The notes beneath the pieces are model-generated. The model worked only from the letters and a program-made list of their open reading frames with translations. It made no database searches and was not told the origin of the DNA. DNA of 64,000 nucleotides. Source: an uncultured cyanobacterium. Its GTDB lineage: Bacteria > Cyanobacteriota > Cyanobacteriia > Cyanobacteriales > Cyanobacteriaceae. The stretch covers positions 128,001 through 192,000 of the forward strand of contig CAVVOP010000008.1 of the NCBI GenBank assembly GCA_963749915.1. Direction: 5' to 3'. Shown piece after piece: positions 31,418 through 42,010 of the stretch (the first letter of the stretch is position 1; each line of letters opens with the position of its first letter). A program made the position numbers and the translations under genes.

Positions 31418-32509
31418 TCAAACATTAAAGCGGAATAACATCACATCACCTTCTCTGACAATATATTCTTTCCCCTCAGACCTAACTAAACCTTGCTCCT
31501 TAGCAGCACTCATACTACCGGTTTTCACTAAATCATCATAAGAAATAGTTTCTGCACGAATAAAACCCTTTTCAAAATCAGTGTGAATAACTCCTGCCGC
31601 TTGAGGTGCCTTCATTCCAGCGACAATTGTCCAGGCTCTGGTTTCCGTTTCCCCTGTGGTAAGATAAGTACGTAAACCTAACAATTCATAGGTAGCCTTA
31701 ATTAAAGACTGTAAACCCCCTTCTTTCACTCCCAAAGACTCTAAAAACTCGGCTTTTTCCTCCGGGGATAATTCTACTAACTCAGATTCTACCTGGGCTG
31801 AAACTATGACAACTTTAGCATTTTCTGAGGCGACTTGTTGCTTAACTTGCTCAACCCATTGGTTACCCGCCGCTAAATCTTCATCAGTAACATTAGCGGC
31901 ATAAATCACAGGTTTAGAAGTTAATAATCCTAAAGGTTTAAGTAAAACCTCTTCTTCTGGGGTTAACTCCAATAATCGTGCGGGTTTACCATCATTGAGA
32001 ATCGGTAAAATTCGCTCTAAAATTACCATTTCTTCAGCTGCCTCTTGATTATTTTTTGCCTGTTTTCTCAATCTCTCTACACGGCGTTCAACCTGAGTTA
32101 AATCTGCTAACGCCAACTCTAAATTAATAACCTCAATATCTCTAACAGGATCAACTGAACCAGAAACGTGGATAATATCATCGTCATCAAAACATCTTAC
32201 CACATGAACGATGGCATCCACTTCTCGAATATTGGCTAAGAATTGATTACCTAAACCTTCTCCTTTACTAGCACCTTTCACTAAACCTGCAATATCAACA
32301 AATTCCATGCGAGTGGGAACGATTTTAGTACATTTAGAGATTTTAGCCAACACATCCAAACGCTCATCAGGCACTGCTACAACTCCCACATTAGGCTCGA
32401 TGGTACAAAAAGGGAAATTTGCGGCATCGGCTTTAGCATTGGCTACTACGGCATTAAATAAGGTTGATTTACCCACATTTGGTAATCCGACAATTCCTGC
32501 TCTTAACAT
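31418..32509 (-). CDS. ychF: Redox-regulated ATPase YchF
   Basis: GIVGLPNVGKSTLFN, DIAGLVKGASKGEGLGNQFL. Confidence 0.99.
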   Translation of the reverse strand: MLRAGIVGLPNVGKSTLFNAVVANAKADAANFPFCTIEPNVGVVAVPDERLDVLAKISKCTKIVPTRMEFVDIAGLVKGASKGEGLGNQFLANIREVDAIVHVVRCFDDDDIIHVSGSVDPVRDIEVINLELALADLTQVERRVERLRKQAKNNQEAAEEMVILERILPILNDGKPARLLELTPEEEVLLKPLGLLTSKPVIYAANVTDEDLAAGNQWVEQVKQQVASENAKVVIVSAQVESELVELSPEEKAEFLESLGVKEGGLQSLIKATYELLGLRTYLTTGETETRAWTIVAGMKAPQAAGVIHTDFEKGFIRAETISYDDLVKTGSMSAAKEQGLVRSEGKEYIVREGDVMLFRFNV

Positions 32510-32690
32510 ATACTTATATATAACAATTACTCAACACTCTATTATCTGTCATTAATGTAAGATTAATCAACAATGGATAATAGAATTTGCCCTCTACTGC
32601 TAATTCTGGGGGAAAATAGGAAAAAATCCCCAATGTGGGAAATTTAAGGGTTAAAAAGCAGAAAAATCAACTAAAAAGAGGTTATTAATC

Positions 32691-34439
32691 ATGAATCAGG
32701 TTAAAGACGTTCAAATAGGCAGTATTGGTTTAGATACAAAGGTTTTTCGTTCTCGCACATGGGACAGATTAAAATTTGAAGTAGAATATGGTTTGAGTCG
32801 GGGTACAACTGCTAATTCTTTTATTATTGAGGGGGATAAAATAGCGTTAATTGATCCTCCGGGTGAGTCTTTTACTGATATATTCCTCTCAGCTTTGGAT
32901 CAAAGAATTCCATTAAATACCATTGATTATGTTATTTTAGGTCATATTAATCCTAATCGTGCCGTTACCATTAATAAATTATTACAAAAAGCTTCCAATA
33001 TCATTTTGATTACCTCTAATACAGGGGCAAAATCTTTACAAACTATCTTTAATAACAGTTATGCTGAAACCGTTAGTGAAAATCCTTTAAATATTATTTC
33101 AGTTAAAAATGACTATGAATTGGATTTAGGAAAAGGGCATATTTTAGAATTTATTACTACTCCTAATCCTCGTTATCCCGATCAACTTTTAACCTTTGAT
33201 AGCCAAAGTAAAATTTTCTATACTGATAAGTTATTTTCCGCCCATGTTTGTGGCGATCAAATATTAGATGAAGGTTGGAAAATTTACCAAGAAGACAGGC
33301 GTTATTATTTTGATTGTGTCATTGCACCTTATGCTACTCAAGTAATTAAGGCAATGGAAAAAATAGCGCAAAAAAATGCCCATATTTATGCCGTATCCCA
33401 TGGTCCTCTAGTAAGATATGGTTTAACAGAATTAACTAGTTTATATAGTCAATGGTTAGAAGTACAACAAACTCAAACTTTAAACGTCGCCCTTATTTAT
33501 GCCTCTGCCTACGGTAACACCGCCACTTTAGCTAATGCTATTGCTCGTGGTATCACTAAAGCAGGAGTGAGAGTGGAATCCATTAACGCCGAATTTGCCA
33601 CCAGTGACGAAATCAAAACCGCAATTCAACAATGCGATGGCTTTATATTCGGATCTCCTACATTGGGAGGTCATGCACCCACTCAAATTCAAAGTGCTTT
33701 AGGGATAGCTTTAGGCAATGCAGACACTAACAAATTGGCGGGGGTTTTCGGTTCGTTTGGTTGGAGTGGTGAGGCGATCGATCTGCTAGAATCGAAATTC
33801 AAGGATGGGGGTTATCGCTTCGGATTTGACACCATCCGAGTTAAATTTAAACCAACAGAGGCAGTGCTGAAAACCTGTGAAGAAGCAGGTACAGATTTTG
33901 CCCAAGCCTTGAAAAAACGTAAAAAAGCCCTTAAACCCAAAGAATCTGCCGCCGCAAACTCTTTAACTGCACGCACAGAACAAGCTCTAGGTCGTCTAGT
34001 CGGTTCTCTGTGTATTGTCACTACCCAACGACAAGAATTAAAGGGGGCAATGGTGGCTTCATGGGTATCTCAAGCGACTTTTAATCCCCCTGGTTTAACT
34101 GTCGCCGTTGCCAAGGAAAGAGCGATCGAATCTTTGTTACCCATAGGTAGTAATTTCGCCTTAAATATCCTTGAGGAAGGCAAACACATCGAATTAATGA
34201 AACATTTTCTCAAGCCTTTTGCACCGGGGGAGGATCGTTTTGCTAATCTTGATTCTCAAGAAGGGGAAAACGGAAGTCCTATTTTATCTTCTGCGTTAGC
34301 TTATGTCGAGTGTCAAGTCAATAATCGCATCGAATGCGGCGATCATTGGGTATTATATGCCATCGCCGAAAATGGTAAACTTCTATCGGATACAGGTATA
34401 ACTGCCGTACACCACCGTCGATCAGGCACACACTATTAA
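32691..34439 (+). CDS. flv1: Flavodiiron protein, Flv1/Flv2-type
   Basis: Beta-lactamase-like + flavodoxin (YASAYGNT) + flavin reductase; non-canonical HINPNR in place of HTEPDH. Flv1 vs Flv2 not resolved. Confidence 0.8.
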   Translation: MNQVKDVQIGSIGLDTKVFRSRTWDRLKFEVEYGLSRGTTANSFIIEGDKIALIDPPGESFTDIFLSALDQRIPLNTIDYVILGHINPNRAVTINKLLQKASNIILITSNTGAKSLQTIFNNSYAETVSENPLNIISVKNDYELDLGKGHILEFITTPNPRYPDQLLTFDSQSKIFYTDKLFSAHVCGDQILDEGWKIYQEDRRYYFDCVIAPYATQVIKAMEKIAQKNAHIYAVSHGPLVRYGLTELTSLYSQWLEVQQTQTLNVALIYASAYGNTATLANAIARGITKAGVRVESINAEFATSDEIKTAIQQCDGFIFGSPTLGGHAPTQIQSALGIALGNADTNKLAGVFGSFGWSGEAIDLLESKFKDGGYRFGFDTIRVKFKPTEAVLKTCEEAGTDFAQALKKRKKALKPKESAAANSLTARTEQALGRLVGSLCIVTTQRQELKGAMVASWVSQATFNPPGLTVAVAKERAIESLLPIGSNFALNILEEGKHIELMKHFLKPFAPGEDRFANLDSQEGENGSPILSSALAYVECQVNNRIECGDHWVLYAIAENGKLLSDTGITAVHHRRSGTHY

Positions 34440-34484
34440 TTGACCGTTTAAACTGTCGAAATTTTAACCTAAACTCTAGTTATT

Positions 34485-35564
34485 ATGAAATCAGCAATTG
34501 TTGTTGGTTATAGGAATGATGGGATCGCTCAAGCTCAGAGAGAACCTTTTCTTTATTATAAGAAACAATTAAGAAATCATCTTAATTTATCAGTGAAGCA
34601 ATTTAGTGCAGAAACATTTAATGAAATTGATAAAATCTGTCGAACCCATGATTCTGATACAATTTTTTTACTTCCTTCTTGGCGTGAAGGTCTTAGCGAA
34701 CATTTACTAAACATAGCAGAAAATGTCGTTAAACAATTAAAAATAGATTATCCGAGAAGAAAGTTAATTTTTATTGATCCATTTGCCCAAATGAGCACCA
34801 AATATTTTAGATTATTACCTTATGTTGATCATTTTTTAAAACGTCAATGTTATAAAGATTTAGAACTATATAGAAAAACTTTTATTGGTGGATCTTTGTT
34901 TACCGATTTTTTAGCAAAGCATTGGAATTTAGATTTTAGTCAATGGTATGTAGGTTCAGAACTACCAGAAGATTCCATCAATAAAATCATTCCTGGCTGG
35001 AATTTAGGAACAGCAAAAAAATTTAAACAATCTCTTTTAAGGAGGCCCCCATTTGGATTGAATAAACAAAAGAAAAAAATTGATATTTTTTGCCGTCTCT
35101 CTTTAGGTGACACAAGCAAAAAAGAATGGTACACTCAATACCGGATAATGGCTGTAGAAGCTCTAAATCCCCTAGTTTCTGATTATCAAGTTGCCAAAAG
35201 TGGTAGGGATAACAACAATCTAGTTTCTCGTCGTCAATATGATTCTGAAATTAAGAGTAGTCGAATTGTTTTTTCTCCCTTTGGTTGGGGAGAAAATTGC
35301 TGGCGCGATTTTGAGGCAATTTGTTGCGATTCTCTCTTGATTAAGCCATCAATGTCTCACGTTGCTACTAACCCAAATATTTTTATTGATAATGAAACTT
35401 ATGTGCCTGTCAAGTGGGATTTTTCAGATTTAGAAGAGAAATGTCGCTATTATTTAGAGCATTCTGAACAAGCAGATCAGATAATTAGGAATGGGAGGAA
35501 AGTTTATGAAAAGTATTTCCAAGAAGAACAATTTGTGAAAACGATTGAAAACCTTATCGAATAA
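34485..35564 (+). CDS. Glycosyltransferase-like protein
   Basis: SSRIVFSPFGWGENCWRDFEAI...LLIKP...ETYVPVKWDFSDLEEK. Confidence 0.65.
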   Translation: MKSAIVVGYRNDGIAQAQREPFLYYKKQLRNHLNLSVKQFSAETFNEIDKICRTHDSDTIFLLPSWREGLSEHLLNIAENVVKQLKIDYPRRKLIFIDPFAQMSTKYFRLLPYVDHFLKRQCYKDLELYRKTFIGGSLFTDFLAKHWNLDFSQWYVGSELPEDSINKIIPGWNLGTAKKFKQSLLRRPPFGLNKQKKKIDIFCRLSLGDTSKKEWYTQYRIMAVEALNPLVSDYQVAKSGRDNNNLVSRRQYDSEIKSSRIVFSPFGWGENCWRDFEAICCDSLLIKPSMSHVATNPNIFIDNETYVPVKWDFSDLEEKCRYYLEHSEQADQIIRNGRKVYEKYFQEEQFVKTIENLIE

Positions 35565-35673
35565 TGGTTTACCTATGTTAAATAATCCTGCCAATCCGTT
35601 AATACCTGTAAAACTCTTACCAGAGTCCCAGAAAAGCGTTAGTCATTGCTCATTACGCATTATCAGTAAAATT

Positions 35674-35769
35674 ACAGCACTTTATCTTAAATTTACCAAA
35701 ATTTTTAGGCATTCCAACAAGGTCACAGCACTTTATCTTAAATTTATCAAAATTTTTAGGTATTCCAAC
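35674..35769. repeat. Two 45-bp direct repeats, period 51
   Basis: ACAGCACTTTATCTTAAATTTA(C/T)CAAAATTTTTAGG(C/T)ATTCCAAC at 35674 and 35725. Confidence 0.9.
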
Positions 35770-35851
35770 GGTAATAATATTTTTTAATTATTGATAACAT
35801 CAATTAATATAAGCTCTGTGATACCTGAAAATATCAAGATAATCGGCGGAG

Positions 35852-36043
35852 TTGATCGTTATGGGGTTAATCGTCATGGGCAAGATCATTATTTGGATAT
35901 CAGTAGAAATAATTTTTAACTTTGTTGGTATAGATGACTTGATAGATTGTGCCGAATTTGTATTTGGAGAACATCTAAAACATCTGGAAGCTTGTAATCC
36001 AAGAGTAGTTCTAGTTAATACTTATGATTATAAATTAGCTTAA
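35852..36043 (+). CDS. Small hypothetical membrane protein (start may be ATG 35876)
   Basis: KIIIWISVEIIFNFVGIDDLIDCAEFVF resembles a small cyanobacterial protein family. Confidence 0.55.
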   Translation: MIVMGLIVMGKIIIWISVEIIFNFVGIDDLIDCAEFVFGEHLKHLEACNPRVVLVNTYDYKLA

Positions 36044-36271
36044 TCCACTAAAAATCTCCCACTTGTGCCAGAATTCGATCAAGAAAACTTTCTGTTTCAA
36101 CTCCCCCCCCTCAAGTTTTTATCTATGGTCAAAGATCCTTAATTCAACGGAAAATTTACACCCGGCAATTTTTTCGAGGATAAAAGTAGTTGAAGTAACA
36201 TTATCCCTGTTATACTCTATCAAATTAGAAAAAACTTATTTGATCTTCTTTAAAACTAAATACAAAGTACT

Positions 36272-37066
36272 ATGGTTCAATCTAATGAAGAAGGTTTCAA
36301 CTCTAACACTGAAACCATCGAGATTCAACAAACTAAACTTAATCAGAAAGTCGATAAAATAGGCATTTTTGGCCTTAATATGTTGCGATCGCTCGGTTTA
36401 TGGCGATTAGTCGGTTATGCTTTCTTAATCTTATTTATTCTAGATTTAGCGGAAATATTGATCCCCCCTCAATTTCTTAATCCAGAATGGGAATTTCAGG
36501 TATTTGGCAACATTGTCGAAAGAATAGCAATTCCCTTTATTGCCTTAATATTAATCTTTTACGGGGGCAACTATCTACGCAAAGGATGGGAATTTATTGT
36601 GTTAACAAGCCTATCATGGCTTAGTTTATCAGTGGGGATATTATTTCTCTTATCCGTGCCTTTGGGGATAGTAAATACTATCCGCATTGATAATTTAAGG
36701 GACACTAGAATTACAGAAGGGACTACACAAAGACTAGAAGTTTTACAAAAAGTGGAAACCAGACTAAAAGATGTACAAAATAAACAGGATATGCAAGTCC
36801 TAATTAATCAACTTAATAGTGGAAATGCACCTGTTATCGAAAATGATCAACAATTAGCACAAGTCAAGACTAACTTAACAGAATTTATCAAAAATTCCCG
36901 TGATCGACTAAATAATCAAGCCGAGAATGCTCGTAAACAGGGCAGAAAATCTTTGTTAAAAAGTTCTGTAAAATGGAATTTAGGTGCCTTAATATCTGGC
37001 ATTTTATTTATTATGATATGGCAAATGACTAAATGGGCGAGAGTAAAGGAAAAAACTAGCAATTAA
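36272..37066 (+). CDS. HpsJ-like membrane protein
   Basis: ILIPPQFLNPEWEFQVFGNIVER, PLGIVNTIRI, LLKSSVKWNLGALISG. Confidence 0.8.
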   Translation: MVQSNEEGFNSNTETIEIQQTKLNQKVDKIGIFGLNMLRSLGLWRLVGYAFLILFILDLAEILIPPQFLNPEWEFQVFGNIVERIAIPFIALILIFYGGNYLRKGWEFIVLTSLSWLSLSVGILFLLSVPLGIVNTIRIDNLRDTRITEGTTQRLEVLQKVETRLKDVQNKQDMQVLINQLNSGNAPVIENDQQLAQVKTNLTEFIKNSRDRLNNQAENARKQGRKSLLKSSVKWNLGALISGILFIMIWQMTKWARVKEKTSN

Positions 37067-37084
37067 TTTGAGGAATCTTGAGAA

Positions 37085-39571
37085 TTATTTATTATCCATG
37101 GTTTTGAAGCCGAATTTGACCTTTAGGTTTTGATCGACTTCGGCTATTTTGCTAATATCAATTCCTTTATTCTTTGCTTCTTTTAAGGCTTTTTTGTCTG
37201 CTGTATAATTCACTTTTTCCGTGCGATATTCTGGGGGTAATTCTTCAGGTTTTACCTTAATATTTATCCGAGGATACTCCCTAAATATTAAACTTCTTTC
37301 TTTTCCTTCCTCTTTTTTGCTTAAGATTTTTTGTTGATATAAATTTAATAATCTTTTTTGTAATAACTCCTGTCCTTTTTTTAATTCTTCTACTTGATTT
37401 TGCAACATTTCGTTAACTTTTTTCTGCCTGGCATTAGCACTAGTGATGGCTAATTCATATTGATCATTTATCCACGCAAAACCATCTATATCGGTATCTA
37501 ATTTTGCCAATAAAGAGATAATTTTTTCCTCATCATCATTGTCCATTAATTGTTGCCAAATTTGAGCCGCTTTTTCATGATAATTTTGATGTAAGGAAAT
37601 GACAATATTATCGATTTTTTCCTCTTGATTGTGACCAATTTGTTCACCAATTTTTTCTAAGGATTCATGATAGTTTAGATTAGATAAATTCTGATTTTGT
37701 TCTAAATTATTATTAACCCAATTTTCCTTAAATTTGCGTAAATATTCTTGATAAAGGTTTAAGATATTGACCGATGATTCCATTTTTCTTTGTCGATAAA
37801 TTTGTCTTAATTCTCCCAATAATGCCCAGCGATGATCGAGATCCAAACTTAACTCTAAAAACTGCTTAAATTGTCGATAAAATCGGCTTAAACGCTCATC
37901 TAAAATATTTTTCGAGACATTTGATGTATTTTCTAAAATGATTTTTACTTGCTCTAAATTAGTTTCTCCTTGTAAATAATTAATGATTTCTTGGGCAAAA
38001 GCTATGGCAACTTTTTCCACAGATAAAAAATGATTATGAGGTAAAAAAACTGGAAAAGCGAGAGAATTAAAACCGCTACTATCCGCTAAAGTTAGACAGC
38101 GATTAATGATGGTTTTAACTAAGTTTAAGTCCGTTAATTCTGGATTTTGATATTCATAAATAATACTATGAAAAATCGCTTCTATTTTTAATTTTCCTCC
38201 CCTGGTAGTTAAAATTTGTCCTAATTGTTTTATTTTCCTTTTTTCTAACTCTTTACTGATACTTTTACCACCCTTAGTGAGCAAAATTCTGGCAATATCT
38301 TCACTCATGGACAAATCTATGTCAGTATAGTTAACTAAAACCTCAACATTACAATTAATCAAGGAATTATATTCAAGGATAAGTTGAGTATTAGCGATGG
38401 TAGTTTCCCAGACGAGATTAGTAAAATTTTCGGGAGTTTTAGGGGAAATAACAGGAGGGGGAGGATTAAAATCTAAACCTTGTAAATTTTGCCAAGTTAA
38501 GGGTAAACTGGCAGGATTTTGACAGATAATAGGCAACCAAGTAGCACAAGGAAATTGAGTTTCAAGGGGTTGCAACTTTTCTCTGGCTTGTCTGACAGCT
38601 AAATATAAAGGTTGATTATCAGCAAAACTTTGTAAAAATTCCTTGATAAAAACGTGGGCAACGGTATCAGGTATCATTTCTCCCATGACTATAATTTGGG
38701 ATAGGTGTAAAGCGACTAAATCTTGTGCTAATCCTAGGCCATCACAGGAGTTAAAAATAGCCAATTTTAAACCTTTTTGAATCGCCTGTTTTAAGGCATT
38801 CTTAAATTCTTCAATGGTGATAATATCTTCTTCATTTAGATATAATTTACCTTGCCATGTTTCTTCGTTTTTACCACTATGCCCCGCAAAAAAAAGTACG
38901 TCCCATTGTTGTTCATAAAGATGGTAAAATAATTCTTTGGGACTAGGATTAGTTAAAGTAATTATTTCCGCTTTTTGTAAATTACTTAAAGCTTCCTGAT
39001 CGGGTTTTAAATTGATGCCTTGACTATTGCCAAAAACTGCTAAAATTTTAATGTGAGAGCTTTGTTTTATGGTTAAATTTAAAGTGGTATACTCCACAGG
39101 AGCGATAGCTAATTCCGCCTTATTATATAGATTAAGAAAGGAATCAAAAAATAAATGCCAAGGTAAAAAATGCAACTCTTTAATATTAGTCTGAATCAAA
39201 AGTCTAATAGATTCTTGAGTGTTTAATTCTCTTAATAATGTTTCCCTAATTTTACCGAAAGATTCGGTTTCACAGTGATACCAATTTCTTAAAGTTTCCT
39301 TGAGTTGAGAGGCGGAGATTTGACAATGATTAGTAACGTGAGTAATCTGTTGTTTGGGGGATCCTAATCTTACTTTTTGATGTAAACTGCGATAACTTTC
39401 CCGCCATTGTTGATAATGTTGGGTGATAGGTTTACAGGGGGGAAGTTTTCCGGTGATGGTCGTAAAAGGATGAGTAATACCATCGGGATTATCTTCACAA
39501 ATTTGTAAACTGACATCAAAACCATTAAGGAAACTGCCCGATTCTAGTTTGAAAAGAATTAATTTACCCAT
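37085..39571 (-). CDS. CHAT protease - Macro-like - siphovirus Gp157-like fusion protein
   Basis: CHAT: FFAGHS, IFNSCDG, CATWLPIICQNP. Macro: VLVNYTDIDLSM..IA..LLTKGG, TRGGKL..IFH, SLAFP. Gp157: IDGFAWI...EGKERSL...PPEYR...ADKKALKEAKNKGIDISKIAEV...VKF. Start set at MGKLIL. Confidence 0.78.
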   Translation of the reverse strand: MGKLILFKLESGSFLNGFDVSLQICEDNPDGITHPFTTITGKLPPCKPITQHYQQWRESYRSLHQKVRLGSPKQQITHVTNHCQISASQLKETLRNWYHCETESFGKIRETLLRELNTQESIRLLIQTNIKELHFLPWHLFFDSFLNLYNKAELAIAPVEYTTLNLTIKQSSHIKILAVFGNSQGINLKPDQEALSNLQKAEIITLTNPSPKELFYHLYEQQWDVLFFAGHSGKNEETWQGKLYLNEEDIITIEEFKNALKQAIQKGLKLAIFNSCDGLGLAQDLVALHLSQIIVMGEMIPDTVAHVFIKEFLQSFADNQPLYLAVRQAREKLQPLETQFPCATWLPIICQNPASLPLTWQNLQGLDFNPPPPVISPKTPENFTNLVWETTIANTQLILEYNSLINCNVEVLVNYTDIDLSMSEDIARILLTKGGKSISKELEKRKIKQLGQILTTRGGKLKIEAIFHSIIYEYQNPELTDLNLVKTIINRCLTLADSSGFNSLAFPVFLPHNHFLSVEKVAIAFAQEIINYLQGETNLEQVKIILENTSNVSKNILDERLSRFYRQFKQFLELSLDLDHRWALLGELRQIYRQRKMESSVNILNLYQEYLRKFKENWVNNNLEQNQNLSNLNYHESLEKIGEQIGHNQEEKIDNIVISLHQNYHEKAAQIWQQLMDNDDEEKIISLLAKLDTDIDGFAWINDQYELAITSANARQKKVNEMLQNQVEELKKGQELLQKRLLNLYQQKILSKKEEGKERSLIFREYPRINIKVKPEELPPEYRTEKVNYTADKKALKEAKNKGIDISKIAEVDQNLKVKFGFKTMDNK

Positions 39572-39663
39572 ATTTGACAATGAACAGTGAACAATTAATA
39601 AAGACAAAAAGCAATGGATCATAAATAATCAATAGTTGTCAATTATCAATTGTTATTAGTCAT

Positions 39664-40287
39664 TTATGGTAGCAACAAATCTGCACCTCCGGGGGTTGGT
39701 AACACAAAAACAGGAGAAGAATTATTAGGAGTGGGAGTTTCTTTGGGTTTTTCTTGAGGGTTATTTTCGGCATTAGGGTTATAAATACTTACCAACACAT
39801 TGACTAATTCATTTCGTTGTTGCATAGTCAAATTTTCGATGATTTTACGATCGCCACTCAAGGGATTTTGTGTTAAAGTGCTAAAACCCGGATAACGTTC
39901 ATCATTGATAATTTCATTTTTACCGAGATAATCGGCCAAACTTAACTTCCAATCTAAACGAAAAGTCGTAGGTCTTGCTTTAATATATTGATGGTATCGA
40001 ACAATGCGACTAACTAAAGTATTCTCGATAGCTCTTTGATTAGTTTCTTGACTGGTATAATTATTTTCCACAGGAAAGTCAGGTATTTGTTGATAGACTT
40101 CCGCCGCCACTTTTTCAGGGATGATAGTTTGGGCAAAAACAACGGGAGAGTAGGAATAATTTTCCCCGAATAATTGCCCTTGTGGAAAGTTTAGATATTG
40201 ACCAAGATAACTAATAGTAAGGGTGGTAAGTAAAAAAACGGAGTATTTTAAACCTTTAACTCGCCATAATCTGCTTATGTTAGTCAT
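39664..40287 (-). CDS. Conserved cyanobacterial exported hypothetical protein
   Basis: [44 protein letters not shown]; start overlaps the rpoZ stop. Confidence 0.75.
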   Translation of the reverse strand: MTNISRLWRVKGLKYSVFLLTTLTISYLGQYLNFPQGQLFGENYSYSPVVFAQTIIPEKVAAEVYQQIPDFPVENNYTSQETNQRAIENTLVSRIVRYHQYIKARPTTFRLDWKLSLADYLGKNEIINDERYPGFSTLTQNPLSGDRKIIENLTMQQRNELVNVLVSIYNPNAENNPQEKPKETPTPNNSSPVFVLPTPGGADLLLP

Positions 40288-40507
40288 CGCTGATAATTTC
40301 TGGTTGCGTAAGTTCATCGGACATTTCTATAATAGCTCTGAGTACTGGTTTCATCACCTCTTCTATATTCTCAAAGTCTTCTTTTCTTCTTTGTTTCGCC
40401 CTTTTGGCAACGGCCACAGTTATTTTATAACGATTTGATGCCGCATCCATTAATTCATCACTGCGAAACATTATTTGACTGGAATCAAAGCTATTTTTTT
40501 TGAGCAT
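40280..40507 (-). CDS. rpoZ: RNA polymerase omega subunit
   Basis: [17 protein letters not shown]...[14 protein letters not shown]. Confidence 0.95.
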   Translation of the reverse strand: MLKKNSFDSSQIMFRSDELMDAASNRYKITVAVAKRAKQRRKEDFENIEEVMKPVLRAIIEMSDELTQPEIISDD

Positions 40508-40634
40508 TCTTATTTTCTCATCAGGTTTTGGTGTTTAATTATACCCTACTCTCAATCCTCACGCAAAATCTCTAAAAGTAAGATAATGGGAATAGTGTAT
40601 ATTAATTATCAATTATCAATTATCAATTGTTAAG

Positions 40635-41969
40635 ATGGCATCTAAATCTCCGGCTTCTTCCTTATATTCTTTAGCTCGTAATAGTCTGCAACAGTCAATC
40701 ACGTGGTATTCTAGTAATCGTCGTTATTGGAATTACCCCCCAAACGGGGAGTTACAAGTAGCGGTAAGGGATGATTTAAGAATATTAAAAGCGGCGGCGG
40801 AAAAATTAGAGAAACAAATGATTAAAATAGCGGCTTTTGGCTTAGTAAGTCGGGGAAAATCCTCAGTTATTAATGCTTTATTAGGGCAAAAAGTTTTAAC
40901 TACTGGCCCTATCAATGGGGTTACAAAATGGCCTCAGTCGATACGTTGGAATCCCCCGACAGGTAAAATACAAATTGAGTTAATCGATACTCCCGGATTA
41001 GACGAAATTGACGGCGAAACAAGGGCAAATATGGCTAGAGAAATTAGTCAACAATCGGATTTAATTTTATTTATCATCGCTGGGGATATTACCCGCACAG
41101 AATATTTAGCATTATTAGAATTGCGTCAATGGCAAAAACCCCTTATTTTGGTCTTTAACAAAATTGATTTATATCCCGAAACTGACTTAAATTCCATTTA
41201 TCAACAGCTACAACAATTGAGTAATGAGACCAAAAAACCTCTTTTCGCTCCTGATGAAATTGTTATGATTTCTGCTGAACCTCAACCAGTTTTTTTAAGA
41301 ATAGAATTAGCCGATGGTAGAATTAAAGAAGAATGGGAATATCCGCCCCCAAATATGGAGTCTTTACAAGAGAAAATATTAACGATTCTTAACCGAGAAG
41401 GGAAAGCGTTATTAGCCTTAAATTCCCTGACTCAGGCAAAAATTGCTCAAAAAAATATTGCCCGTAAAACTATTGAAATTAGAAGTAAAGAAGCAGAAGA
41501 TCTTATCTGGCGATATGCTAAATATAAAGCCTTAATTGTAGCAGTAAATCCCATCGCAATTCTTGACATAATAGGGGGACTAATCACAGATTTAACCATG
41601 ATTCGTGCCTTAGCCAGATTATACGGCTTACCCATTACCAGTTATGAAGCCGGAAATTTGTGGCAAACTATTGTTAAAAGTTTGGGAGGATTATTATTAG
41701 CAGAAATTGGGACAATGATGATGTTAGGATGGACAAAAACTAGTGCTGCCATTACCAGTTTATGGGAAAATCCCAGTAGTTTTACTACTTTAGCAACGAC
41801 AGCCTTAGCACAAGGCTCAATGGCAGGTTATGGTTCATATTTGGTAGGAAAAACCGCTCAAATTTACTTAGAAAATGGTTGCACATGGGGCAATTGTGGA
41901 GTTGACACAATCATCGCCGAAATTATCGCCCAAATGCCTCCAGATTCTATTGTTTCTCGTCTTAGTTAA
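40635..41969 (+). CDS. Era-like GTPase with DUF697 C-terminus
   Basis: GLVSRGKS, DTPG, NKID; AVNPIAILD. Confidence 0.88.
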   Translation: MASKSPASSLYSLARNSLQQSITWYSSNRRYWNYPPNGELQVAVRDDLRILKAAAEKLEKQMIKIAAFGLVSRGKSSVINALLGQKVLTTGPINGVTKWPQSIRWNPPTGKIQIELIDTPGLDEIDGETRANMAREISQQSDLILFIIAGDITRTEYLALLELRQWQKPLILVFNKIDLYPETDLNSIYQQLQQLSNETKKPLFAPDEIVMISAEPQPVFLRIELADGRIKEEWEYPPPNMESLQEKILTILNREGKALLALNSLTQAKIAQKNIARKTIEIRSKEAEDLIWRYAKYKALIVAVNPIAILDIIGGLITDLTMIRALARLYGLPITSYEAGNLWQTIVKSLGGLLLAEIGTMMMLGWTKTSAAITSLWENPSSFTTLATTALAQGSMAGYGSYLVGKTAQIYLENGCTWGNCGVDTIIAEIIAQMPPDSIVSRLS

Positions 41970-42010
41970 TAGTATTTGATCCTCCTAAATCTCCCTTAAT
42001 AAGGTGAACA

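Noticed and set aside
37085..37600. Prophage, suggested by the Gp157-like domain
   Set aside because: The domain is fused in frame to a host-type protein, and the flanks are core genes with no other phage genes.
39572..39660. ORF extension MIHCFLSLLIVHCSLS and nearby heptamer runs (also ~40605 and ~46066)
   Set aside because: Ordinary cyanobacterial STRR-like intergenic repeats.
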